DNA of 64,000 nucleotides from positions 100,936,001 to 101,000,000 of the forward strand of contig OX597819.1 of the NCBI GenBank assembly GCA_951406725.2, read 5' to 3'. Of this stretch, positions 12,386-23,039 are shown piece by piece. The translations under genes were made by a program, and so were the position numbers. The notes below the pieces were generated by a model. It was given only the letters and a program-made list of their open reading frames with translations. It made no database searches and was not told the DNA's origin. The DNA comes from Octopus vulgaris (lineage: Eukaryota). Every line of letters starts with the position of its first letter. Within the stretch, counting starts at the first letter, position 1.

Positions 12386-13243
12386 AGACGAGATCGGATC
12401 AATAAGTATCCAACTGTTACCATCGCAACGAAGCTAAAGCACGCAGAGTGAAGCCGCTTAGCAAAGATTGACAATGAACTCTGCTCTGCTTGCGCACTAA
12501 GTTTTAACCTTCTAGCTCATTTCTTCTGTTTGCAGCAGTGCTTGTGTGTAGCGTGTGATCGTCTCATTGACCCTGACAGAGTAAGATGTCATGCCGGTAC
12601 CTGCTCAGACGTCTGCGCAAAGTTGCAGAAGGTGTATGGAGCGGAGTGTAAGAACCGTACACAAGTGTAAGAGTAGTTCAGACTTTTAAAAGATGGCGGA
12701 AAAAATGTCGATATCGACGGACATTCTGGGAGATCCACAACCAGCAGTGAGAAAAACATCGCAGATGTGGGTGCAGCTGTGAAGAGTAATCGTCGAATCA
12801 CCAGCCTTGAGATATGATGATATATGAGGATGTATAGATTAGATACAGTTCAGTTCAGTCCATTATTACTGACGATTTGGGTATGAGACGCGTGTCTGAC
12901 AAGTTTTTGCCAAAACTGCTTTCTGATGACGAGAAAAGACACAAAATCTCTTTGATTTTGTCTAGAAAGATGAAAACATTTTGAAAACTTTGCGTTGGCC
13001 TCTGAGCAAGTATCGCTTGGCAAAATTTGAAGCAGATTCTCTCTCATGGTCAATGCGACGATCACACTTTACACACCTTACTTCCAAGCACTGGTGTAAA
13101 CAGCAGAAGTAAGCTAGTACGTTAAAACTTAGTTCACATGCACACCAAAGTTCAAGGTCAATCGCTTCCCAGCAGCGTAACTCTGCATACTTTAACCTCG
13201 TTACTATGGCAACAATCCAGATACTTATTGATCAGATACGTGT
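12386..13243 (+). mobile_element. Internally deleted mariner/Tc1 transposon with both TIRs
   Basis: TIRs of ~65 bp: left GATCAATAAGTATCCAACTGTTACCATCGCAACGAAGCTAAAGCACGCAGAG, right CTCTGCATACTTTAACCTCGTTACTATGGCAACAATCCAGATACTTATTGATC. Decayed N-terminal transposase LQKVYGAEC..RTQV*E*FRLLKDG...DGHSGRSTTS (mariner HTH region). Confidence 0.85.
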
Positions 13244-13384
13244 GTATGCATTCATACATACATACATACATACATGCACACATACATACATACATACATA
13301 CATACATACATACATACATACATACATACATACATACATACATACATGCATGCATATATATTAATGGTGTGAAACTGAATAATA

Positions 13385-14228
13385 CCCTCTGGTTGATAAC
13401 TGATGAAGAATTAGGGATATTCTGGGTCTGTCTTTCGTCCATTTTTGCACTCAATATATCTTATACGTCTTTTACTTGTCCTTCGTGCATTTACTATATA
13501 TATATTTCATTTATTAAGCAAAGGCACACAACGTCCCCTGGTTTTTATTAACAATAAGTTAGTTATATATCCTTGCGACTCTATTTCTAACCATTCCTCT
13601 TTCACTTTTCTTGTCTCTTCCTTTCTGTTTATCTTTCTCTTTTGCACTCTTCTATTTCTAGCCTTTCTCCTTTCCTCTCTGTCGCTCTCTCTTTCTATCT
13701 CTCCCTCTCCTTTGTCTTTTTTCTCCTCTGCAGGCTGCTGACACTTGACTACTGGCCAGGCAATCTTTCTCTCTTTGTTTTTTACACCGGTAGCGCAGCT
13801 GACTGGTCCTAAATTCTCTGTGTCCCACTGGTACATGTCTTGCTATTTTCTAATCCTTTACGATGTGCCTATCAGCGTTACCCAACATTTATGTCTTTTT
13901 GGCCTTGAGGCTATATTTTGCTAGTTTCATATTCAGTTCGAACTAGTCATTCGTCCGTGGTCTCAAATTACATTTATTCACTTTCGTATGTCCAGTTCTG
14001 TATTCTTGTTATACTTGTAATGTTTGATCTCGGCCCCATATACTCCGCAACTTTCGCGGGTGCCGCCAGCATGGGAGGCCCATCAATCTTATCATTAATG
14101 GTGCGATATTGAGCAATATCATTTGGTTGATAACCGATGAAGAAATAGAGATCTTCTGTGTCTATCTTTCGTCCATTTCTGCACTCAAAATATGCTATAT
14201 GTGTTTTACTTGTAGTTTGTGTATTTGC
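13385..14228 (+). mobile_element. Element remnant bounded by ~105-bp diverged direct repeats (possibly Penelope-like terminal repeats)
   Basis: TGGTTGATAAC(T/C)GATGAAGAA...TCTTTCGTCCATTT(T/C)TGCACTCAA...TTTTACTTGT occurs at 13389-13492 and 14126-14228. Confidence 0.55.
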
Positions 14229-14269
14229 AATTCATCGGAGGTAACGTGAACCTGTATTTGTGTTATATT

Positions 14270-14560
14270 GTGATAGAGGTTTATTGCCTCTGGAAAAACT
14301 TTTGAAATTGTAAATTGTAAAATTGTTAACTGTAAAATTTGGAATTTTTGTGAAATTTTTCAATTTTTGTAAAATTTTGGAAACTTTGTAAAATTATTGG
14401 AAAAAAAAAAGAACATTGTTTTAGAGAAGCGAGAGTCGGCGGGCGCTTTTTGACTTCTCCCATCACCATCTTCATCCACCACCACCATCATCCATTAATG
14501 TCTTTGTCCAGCCCGTAGCTACTCTGTGTGCTGCACTTGTGGCAAATTAAATGAAATAAA
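14270..14560 (+). mobile_element. 3' UTR of an upstream, 5'-truncated relative of the Tx1-like element
   Basis: Homologous to 16560-16802: GAGGTTT..CCTC hairpin, GTTTTAGAGAAGCG.AGTCGGCGGGCGCTTTTTG.CTTCTCCCATC, CATTAATGTC...GTCCAGCC, and an end at GAAATAAA immediately before GTAGCTTGCTAAC. Confidence 0.8.
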
Positions 14561-14573
14561 GTAGCTTGCTAAC

Positions 14574-14620
14574 GCACATGCGCAGTTAGTCAGTTGCTTC
14601 CTGTTCAGCCAGAGTGGACG
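14574..14620 (+). promoter_or_regulatory. Putative internal Pol II promoter at element 5' end
   Basis: GCACATGCGCA (NRF1-like), Inr-like TTAGTC/TCAGTT at 14586-14595, CTTCCTG (ETS-like) and DPE-like GGACG at 14616-14620. Confidence 0.35.
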
Positions 14621-15273
14621 CGAGTCAACCAGCTCCGTCCAATTAAAGAAAAAAGACCAAAAACGGAAAGTTGTCGAGGTAAGTGATTTTGTTTATTGTG
14701 AGTTGGGCATAATTTATTGCGTGCCAATTATTATTTCAGTAAGTTGTGTCCAACTCTGAGACAATTTCGCCTGCTCTCGGCGGCTGCCGTTTTTGTGTTC
14801 ATTGAAAAAAAAAAGAAAAAACAGTGGAGGGGCGTATCCTCGGAATTCAATACAGTTACTGTTAAAATTACCGTTGGCGGTAGCCAGTGCTGTGTTTGGG
14901 TTTGTTGAATTTATTCCCTTGTCAATTTATTCCCTTCGCAAGAAAATTATAAAAATAAGCCACTATTGGATTACCTTTCGGACCCATTTTTGTGGAGGTT
15001 GTGTTGCAGTTGCGGCGTTCCAGGTTCAACCCAGGCCGGGAGTACCGCAAGGTCAGCATATTTTTGCTGTGTTTTTTCTGTTTATTAACTTTCTTTTGAA
15101 CTTCATTTACCCCCCTTTTGTTTTTTTTCTTTATTGCGACTTTCCGTTGATTTCTTCCCTTCTGTTGTGCTTTCTCCTTTTTGTTTTTTCAAAAATCTAT
15201 CAAATTTTATTTGGACTTTTGAACTTTTTTCTTCTTGCTTTTTGAGTTTAATTTGAATATATTTAAAAAAAAC

Positions 15274-16454
15274 ATGGCAATGAAAAATAACAAAATTTTG
15301 GAGTGGGAAATCATACCACCTAAAAAGTGGTTAAAAGACCGTGAAGATAGGACGGTGGTGTTGAGAACCTACTCCAAGGCACTCGACACCATCGCCCTAT
15401 TCGAAAAGACGGCAATTGAAAAGGAGTTGGAAGAGTATTTGCCAACAATTAAATTCATTTCCAGGGGTGTCAAGTATGCAACGGTGTGGTTGCTATTTGA
15501 CACCCCTGAAGAGGCTTGCAAATTTGCTAGCAAACCCCTGGAGGGTAAGGAAATCTTATTCCTGCCCACGTACAAAAAAAGAAATTGATGAAAGCTTGGA
15601 TCTGCGGGCTGCCACCCGACATAGAACCCGAGTGGATAGAGGAGACTATCCGCCGGGGTCTGGGTGGCAGCGAAACTAAGCTCCTTAATGTAAAAGTTCT
15701 TCCTGCGGCTGCTTGGGTTGGGTCAAAAGCAATTTTGACCCTGTGGACCCAATCAGCCAATCTGGTTCTTCCAGATTTTTTGAAAATGGCCGGGTGCAGG
15801 TACCCGGTGATGCTTGAGGGTCGCCCCACTAAGTGTCATCGGTGCTTGGAGTCCGGCCATATAAAGAAGAACTGTCCCCGGGAACAAAATAGGATCCCGG
15901 AACAGTTAAGTAAAACCCCCCTAGAAGAGGGAGTGATAACGGCCGAGAAAGCAGAGGACTCCTCAAACAGAGGCCGAAAGAGGAAGGTGAGCAACAATGG
16001 GTGCTCACCAAAGGATAATAGGGATGAGGAGAGGAAGGCGAATCTTCCGGCCACGGAGGAGACGCACCCTCCCTCAGTTGAAAAGGGAAAAAAAAAGAAA
16101 AAGAGGAAGAAAAACGGGACATTGCCGGCTGTCAGTGACATAGCACCGGAATGTCCCGGAACTACGTCGGATGGGGTTGTGCCACCGACAAGAGAAGGAA
16201 TACCGTTGGCGGGAACTGCGCCGCCAACGAAAGAACTGAACGTATTGGTCCTCTTCTATAGAGGAGGCGAAATTGAAAAGGTGATGGAAGAGCACCACAA
16301 GGGAGCACCTTTAGCCTTCACACAGGACCCCGAATGGCCTCCGCAGGTAGCTGTGGAGGCCGTGGCGTTCGACGTGACGCTTGGGCTAATGGAGCTCAAT
16401 GAAGATTATAACTTGGTCTCGGCGACGCAAACTCGGAACTTGATTACGTTCTGA
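15274..16454 (+). CDS. L1/Tx1-type ORF1 nucleic-acid-binding protein (~393 aa), split by a one-base frameshift in an A7 run at 15574-15580
   Basis: ATG in AAACATGG context. ORF 15274-15588 overlaps ORF 15585-16454 in the -1 frame. The joined protein has AWICGLPPDI..., LPDFLKMAGCRYPVMLEGRPTKCHRCLESGHIKKNCP (CX2CX4HX4C), basic NLS-like RGRKRK and KKKKKRKK, and a low-complexity C-terminal region. Confidence 0.8.
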
Positions 16455-16800
16455 GGGAGGCGTGGTTGATGGTGGAGGGCGCGGGCACAAGCTATTTCGA
16501 GGACGATATGTAATTATTGAACTGTTATTATTAGTAATGGACTGCTAAGTCCAAAAATTGAAAAATAAGAGGTTTAATACCTCGTTTTGTAATAATGGAC
16601 TAAGTCCAAAAATTGGAAAAATTGTAAGAGGTTTAATACCTCGTTTTGTGTTTTAGAGAAGCGAAAGTCGGCGGGCGCTTTTTGTCTTCTCCCATCCTTA
16701 TCATCTTTCTTTCATTATCATTCACTTCATTAATGTCCTCGTCCAGCCAGCAAAGCTAACTTAATCTGTGTACTGCCTTTATGGCAAATGTTTTGAAATA

Positions 16801-17195
16801 AAGTAGCTTGCTAACCAACCACATGGTTCCGGGTTCAGTCCCACTGCGTGGCATCTTGGGCAAGTGTCTTCTGCTATAGCCCCGAGCCGACCAATGCCTT
16901 GTGAGTGGATTTGGTAGACGGAAACTGAAAGAAGCCTGTCGTATATATGTATATATATATAAGTGTGTGTGAATATGTTTGTGTGTCTGTGTTTGTTCCC
17001 CTAGCATTGCTTGACAACCGATGCTGGTGTGTTTACGTCCCCGTCACTTAGCGGTTCGGCAAAAGAGACCGATAGAATAAGTACTGGGCTTACAAAGAAT
17101 AAGTCCCGGGGTCGATTTGCTCGACTAAAGGCGGTGCTCCAGCATGGCCGCAGTCAAATGACTGAAACAAGTAAAAAGAGTAAAAAAGAAAAAAG
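16801..17195 (+). mobile_element. SINE family A copy interrupted in its tRNA head by the Tx1-like insertion
   Basis: Nearly identical to 35172-35540, but it begins at AAGTAGCTTGCTAACCAACC. The first ~22 nt (GGCGCAGGAGTGGCTGTGTGGT) are absent. Confidence 0.92.
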
Positions 17196-17333
17196 AGTAT
17201 ACAAACATATATGTACGTACCTACATCTACATGTATATATACATGCATACATAAATATATATACGTGAGTACAGGACACTGCAACTATATAATATTAGTG
17301 AGTAGGTTTTTTTTACTTATTATATATATATAG

Positions 17334-17412
<79 letters not shown>

Positions 17413-17413
<1 letters not shown>

Positions 17414-17545
17414 GCCATGATAGATTGCTAGCCACTATTCATTCTTTATTTTCTCTCCTTGCTTCTTTCTGTTTTCCTCTCTGTGGAAGAGCGTAGGCTC
17501 GAAACGTTAAAGACTTTTTCACTTCCCGAGCGTTTAACTAATACA
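17413..17545 (+). mobile_element. Penelope-like terminal-repeat remnant with hammerhead-like motif
   Basis: CTGTGGA-A-GAGC-GTAG-GCTC-GAAAC-GTT-AAAG at 17481-17512. Homologous to 1372-1566. Confidence 0.55.
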
Positions 17546-17927
17546 CACACACATAAACTGTATGACAGCATGTATGTACATGCGTTAACATACATTTGTA
17601 TGTGTTGTGTGTATATTTACACGATTACAATCGGATACATGACCCAGGTACCCTATCCTATTAATCCCTCCACTTATTAGGTGCAAAGCCAAATAAAGGT
17701 AAAAATCTTATAACAATCAACAATGAAATCACTGTACCACTATCAGATTCCTTATGACCTTTCCCATAAAAAAATTATATCAAAGATCATCAGATCACAG
17801 GAAAATATAGCTAGGAGCGCCTTCCTCGTTTTATCATAAACATTTAATATGATTTGCAGTAATATATATGTTTAAAAAATGTATGTGTTTATATATATAT
17901 ATATATATTTATATATCACACACACAC

Positions 17928-17961
<34 letters not shown>

Positions 17962-17998
17962 TTGTGTGTGTATGTGCATGTATGTATGTATATATGTA

Positions 17999-18044
<46 letters not shown>

Positions 18045-18070
18045 AAGAGAGAGAGAGATATATATATATA

Positions 18071-18105
<35 letters not shown>

Positions 18106-18619
18106 GTATATATATATATACATACATACATGTGTGTGTGTGTTTGTGTGCGTGCGTGTATGCGTATGTGTATATGTATCTATATATGTATATATCTAAA
18201 CATAGAGGTAGTGACAGATTAGAAGTAAATGAAATAAAATATATGATAAAAATATAAATAAGTAAAGAAAAATGAACAAAACAGTGGCAGGATGGCAGGA
18301 TGTGAAAAGAATGTGAGGTATGAAATAATAGATAATGGCTTGAAATAAATAAGAGATTTGATTACTTAGGCTGGGTGTGATCTAGAATTTGATAGTTTAA
18401 TATTATGAAATTAAAGACGTTTCTGTTAAATTATAATGTTGATGAGCAGTGAAATAGTATAACATTTTAGGATTGAGAGTCAATAGTTGTGAGCTATATT
18501 TGCGTGATATAGGATATCACGGAATAGATATTCATATGTCCTTGCGCATGGAAATATTACTGAAATTAAGACGTGTGTTTATATAATGTGTGTATTTGTT
18601 TGTTGCTTGGTAATCTGTA

Positions 18620-19260
18620 GCTCAAAATTTTGGGGAAGGCCGGAAGTTTTTGGGGAGGGTGCTATTCGATTAGATCGACAGCAGTATGAAACTGGTACTT
18701 AATTTATTGACGCTGAAATGATGAAAGACAAAGTCGACCACGGCGGTATATGAACACAGAACGTAAAGACAGACGAAATACCTATTTATTTACTACCCCC
18801 ATGGGGCTTAACACAGAGAGGACAAACAAGAACGGAAAAACGGATTAAGTCGATTATATCGACCCCAGTGCTTAAATGGTACTTATTTAATCGACCCCGA
18901 AGGGATGAAAGGTTAAGTCGACCTTGGTGGAATTTGAACTCAGAACGTATCGACAGACGAAATACTGCTCAGCATTTCGCCCGGCGTGCTAAAGTTTCTG
19001 CCTGCTCGACGCCTTCTGTAGCTCGAATATTCTTTTCTACTCTAGGCACAAGGCCCGAAATTTTGGGGGAGGGGCCCAGTCGATTAGATCGACCCCAGTA
19101 CGCAACTTAATTTATCGACCCCGAAGGGATGAAAAGTAAAGTCGACCTTGGTGGAATTTGAACTCAAAATATAAAGACGATGGAATACTGCTAAGCATTT
19201 TGCCCTGCGTGCTAATGATTCTTATTTTTTTATTGCCCACAATCGGTTAAACATAGAGGG
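18620..19260 (-). mobile_element. Cluster of SINE family B units
   Basis: Three repeats of CGACCCCGAA.GGATGAAAG...AAGTCGACC...GAATTTGAACTC. Confidence 0.85.
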
Positions 19261-19320
19261 CCAGACTCAAACGAGTGAAACAGGTAAAAGATATAACATG
19301 CATACACACAGCCACAGATA

Positions 19321-19406
<86 letters not shown>

Positions 19407-19594
19407 CAGAGAGAGACAAATATATGTATATCAAATACCATACAACGTAAATATTTGCTAATAAAAATCATATCATACCTGAAGAGGATGTCGGAACGAA
19501 GTGGGCCCCATGAAGAAATTTAGTTTCTTCTTCTTGTCGTGGTTGTGGGTGATATCATCATCATCATCATCATCTGATGACACAGGGCCTAATA

Positions 19595-20013
19595 GTCAGA
19601 GTGGAGAACTCACGATCTGGCAGACTCGTCAGCACACCCGGCTGAATGCTTATTGGTATTATGGCCCGTCGCTAAGTTCTGACTTGGCCTTTCATCATTC
19701 TGGGATCGATAAATTAAGCACCAGTTAAACTCTGGCGTCGATGTAATCAACACATCATCTTCCCCAAAATTGCAACCCTTGTGGCAAAATTTAAAATCAT
19801 TATTATTATTATCTATTTCTTTACTACCCACATGGGGCTAAACACAGAGGAGACAAACAAGGACAGACAGACGGATTAAGTCGATTATATCGACCCCAGT
19901 GCGTAACTGGTACTTAATTTACCGACCCCGAAAGGATGAAAGGCAAAGTCGACCTCGGCGGAATTTGAACTCAGCATTTCGCCCAGCGTGCTAACGTTTC
20001 TGCCAGCTCGCCT
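19595..20013. mobile_element. Two convergent SINE family B copies (+ 19595-19800; - 19810-20013)
   Basis: The plus copy has GCCTTTCATCATTCTGGGATCGATAAATTAAGCACCAG. The minus copy ends GCTAACGTTTCTGCCAGCTCGCC and abuts (CTT)n. Confidence 0.8.
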
Positions 20014-20059
20014 TCTTCTTCTTCTTCTTCTTCTTCTTCTTCTTCTTCTTCTTCTTCTT

Positions 20060-20091
<32 letters not shown>

Positions 20092-20159
20092 ATTTATTAT
20101 TTTTCATACACACATAACAGATTAGTCTGTTGAAAAAGAAAATAACCTAAGTTAGGACT

Positions 20160-21900
20160 ACAGTAAATACCCTTAGATGCCAAGAACCCTCTTAAATATC
20201 TAGCTATCCCAAATCACACTGTTTTCTGCAGCTGTATTATACTGGGTTTTGTGGCTATTTCCTCTATCCATCTGTTTAGATCTTTAGGGATATTTCCCAA
20301 TGCACCTATAACTACTGGGAAACATTTTACCCTCACTTACCATAGTCTCCATAATCAAATGGCTAGGTCCTGGTACTTTGCTATTTTATTCTATATATCT
20401 TATACTAACCAGTATTGTGATGTACACTGAAGATATTGTGTGTACTGTGGGATTGTACTGTCTGAAAAAGTCACAACAATGACCTTAGGCAGCTAGCACT
20501 TTACGCAGTATACCCGCAGTTCCAAGAAAAGCCGACTTTTGCAATACACAATGAATGTACGGTATTTCTAAAGTGTCCTGTTGTTTCTTCATTGCTGGGT
20601 GATATTGAACCCAATGCTCCGATGACAGCAGGAGCAAACTGTGTCACTCTCGCAGCTGCCACTTCTTGGTGATCTCAATTATCATGTCTCTTGGTGATCT
20701 CAATTATCTCCATATTTATCAAACTTTTCTCTTTCTTTAATGATAGCATGCTGATCTCCTGGCACTACCACGTCGACTATTAGGCACACTTGTTTGTTCC
20801 ACCTAAAGTTTACTATATCCAGCCTTCCGTGCTCTATTATTATTATTTTTTTTATCATCAGCATCATCCTCATCATTATTTTTGTTATTAAGCTATTACA
20901 TTCTAATTTCAATAGCAATAATCATATCTTGAGGTTTTGCGAGAGCAAGTCAACTTCTTTAAGTTTCGTGCTGAATACAAGTTAATACTCTCGTACAATT
21001 GGACAATGCGATTTTCGATTCCACTATCTTGATTGTTGTGCCAAGTGCATCTTTTACCTGAGGGAAAATTATTTTTTAAATCTTTCATAATCTCTTAAGC
21101 TTTCTGGCGAGGTCTTGATATTGCTCAATTATTTTCAATCTCTTTTTTTTTTATCAATCTGGTATCATAGATAACTACAAAGTTTCTGATTTTACCTCAT
21201 TTATTTTGTTTGTCCTTTGTAACCATATTTGGTCTTGCTTCAATAATATGGTCATTGTTTACGAGGAAATCTTAAAAGATCCTTTACAACTTATCCTCTA
21301 GCACAGCCTCCGTTTCGTCTTCATAACACTTGCCTTTTATTTGGAAGCCACATGCTCATCTAACATCCCAATGCACTCTTTGACCTATACCGTCATTACT
21401 GAGCCTATACTTTTTTACTGTTGGTTTACTACATTCAATCAACAGGTGATTGATACTTCCGCCTCCTTACCTGCAAGTCGCTGTTTGTCTTTATCAGATT
21501 CGTCCTAATGGCTTGTTCCTGAATGATTATAATTAGCTCTTCAGACTACATTTGGTTTCCATCCGCCCGTCGAAGCCGGTCTTCTTTCCAGCATCTTCGG
21601 TTCGTAGTATGAATTGCCTATGCAATTCTCTTCATCTACTTGTTCTATTCTTCCTTTTATTCTTCGAGTCTCCTACTGTTTTAGTAAATTTTGGGATACA
21701 TCTATCCGCCAATAGTATTCATTCTTCACTTCGTACAACGTAATTTTTCAACCCCGATATCGCAGTGCTAAGGATATTCTATACCTTTAGTAATCCTCTG
21801 CCTCCTTCCTTTCTTGTTAATTAGGTTATCGTTATTGATTTTTAGTGTGGTGTACGTTGTGCATTGTGGGCAGCTTCTTGGTGCTTCTATCTAAGTTCTG
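20160..21900 (-). mobile_element. Three stacked 3' fragments of R4/Dong-like RLE-type LINEs
   Basis: Minus-strand translations. 20160-20395: KIAKYQDLA...PVVIGALG...LQKTV. 20480-20835: LDIV...CLIVDVVVPGD...KEREKFDKYGD...LQKSAFLGTAGILRKVL. 20990-21900: RKEGGRGL, INHLLIECSK...HWDV, ARPNMV. These are zinc-finger and PD-(D/E)XK restriction-like endonuclease motifs with many stops. Confidence 0.8.
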
Positions 21901-21914
21901 TTTTCAATTTTCAC

Positions 21915-22104
21915 TCTTTTTCTTTTACACTTTTACTTGTTTCAGTCAATGGAGCACCGCCTTTTGTAGGGCAAATCGATCACAGGACTTATTCTTTGGA
22001 CGCCTAGTACTTATTCTATCGGTCTCTTTTACCGAACCGCTAAGTTATGGGGACACCACCATCGGTTGTCAAGCGATGTTTGGGGACAAAAACACAAACA
22101 TATG

Positions 22105-22146
<42 letters not shown>

Positions 22147-22200
22147 CATATATACGACGGGCTTCTTTCAGTTTCCGTCTACCGAATCCATTCACAAGGA
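21915..22200 (-). mobile_element. SINE family A, partial
   Basis: TTTTACTTGTTTCAGTCA...GAGCACCGCC...GGCTTCTTTCAGTTTCCGTCTACC. Confidence 0.8.
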
Positions 22201-22421
22201 GCTGGCCAGAATAGAGCTGTCTCGAGTATAACCAGCCGAAACTGCAAAGAAAATCTGGAATTCGACTGACAAAAGGAAACTCCGAATGACCTGTCCTTGT
22301 TTTTTTTCTTGTTCCTTTTTTGTATCATCTAACTCACTGGATGTCTTGTCGCCGCCAGTTGCGTACTTGTCCCATTTTTTGTATTTTTTTAAATATACAA
22401 TTAGTGGCGTACGTATACTTT

Positions 22422-22511
<90 letters not shown>

Positions 22512-22940
22512 AACTAGATGGAAGGTAAAGAACAGAAAGATCAGGCAGGGAAGAGAGGAAGCTATTTAACACAAATTCAGTATAATATATTCTCATTGAC
22601 AGTGAAAGTAGGGGGCTGCTTGGAGTGGTTGTAAACACGGAAGTGAGGTGGGTAGATATTGGAAATTACGGAAAGTGGTACAGTTTGCACCACGGCCGAG
22701 AAAAGGTGCATGCTGCAGCGTTCATCACTGCCCACCTGTAAATTTAAGATTTAGTTAAAGAAGGAGGAAGAAGCATTAAATCGAATCTAACGAAAATCTG
22801 GCTTACTGTTTGAAGTGGTCTGTGAAAGTATGATTTCGGCTGAAGAATTTTACGATGTCAAAAAGTATTTCTTAAGAAGTAGTGAAGAAAGTGATAGAGA
22901 GAGACAGAAATACACAGTTGTGGTAAAAAGACAAAGGGAC

Positions 22941-23039
<99 letters not shown>

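Larger units (their letters stand above)
14574..16802 (+). mobile_element. ORF1-only L1/Tx1-like non-LTR retroelement with 15-bp TSD
   Basis: Flanked by AAGTAGCTTGCTAAC at 14559-14573 and 16801-16815. It has a ~700-bp 5' UTR, an ORF1 with a CCHC knuckle and a ~350-bp 3' UTR ending in AATAAA. No APE or RT motifs are present. Confidence 0.8.

Noticed and set aside
14416-16815. LTR retrotransposon/TRIM with gag and two LTRs
   Set aside because: The repeats lack TG...CA ends, a PBS and a PPT, and are quite diverged while the ORF is almost intact. Each ends at AATAAA followed by SINE sequence. This fits tandem non-LTR 3' ends plus a TSD better.
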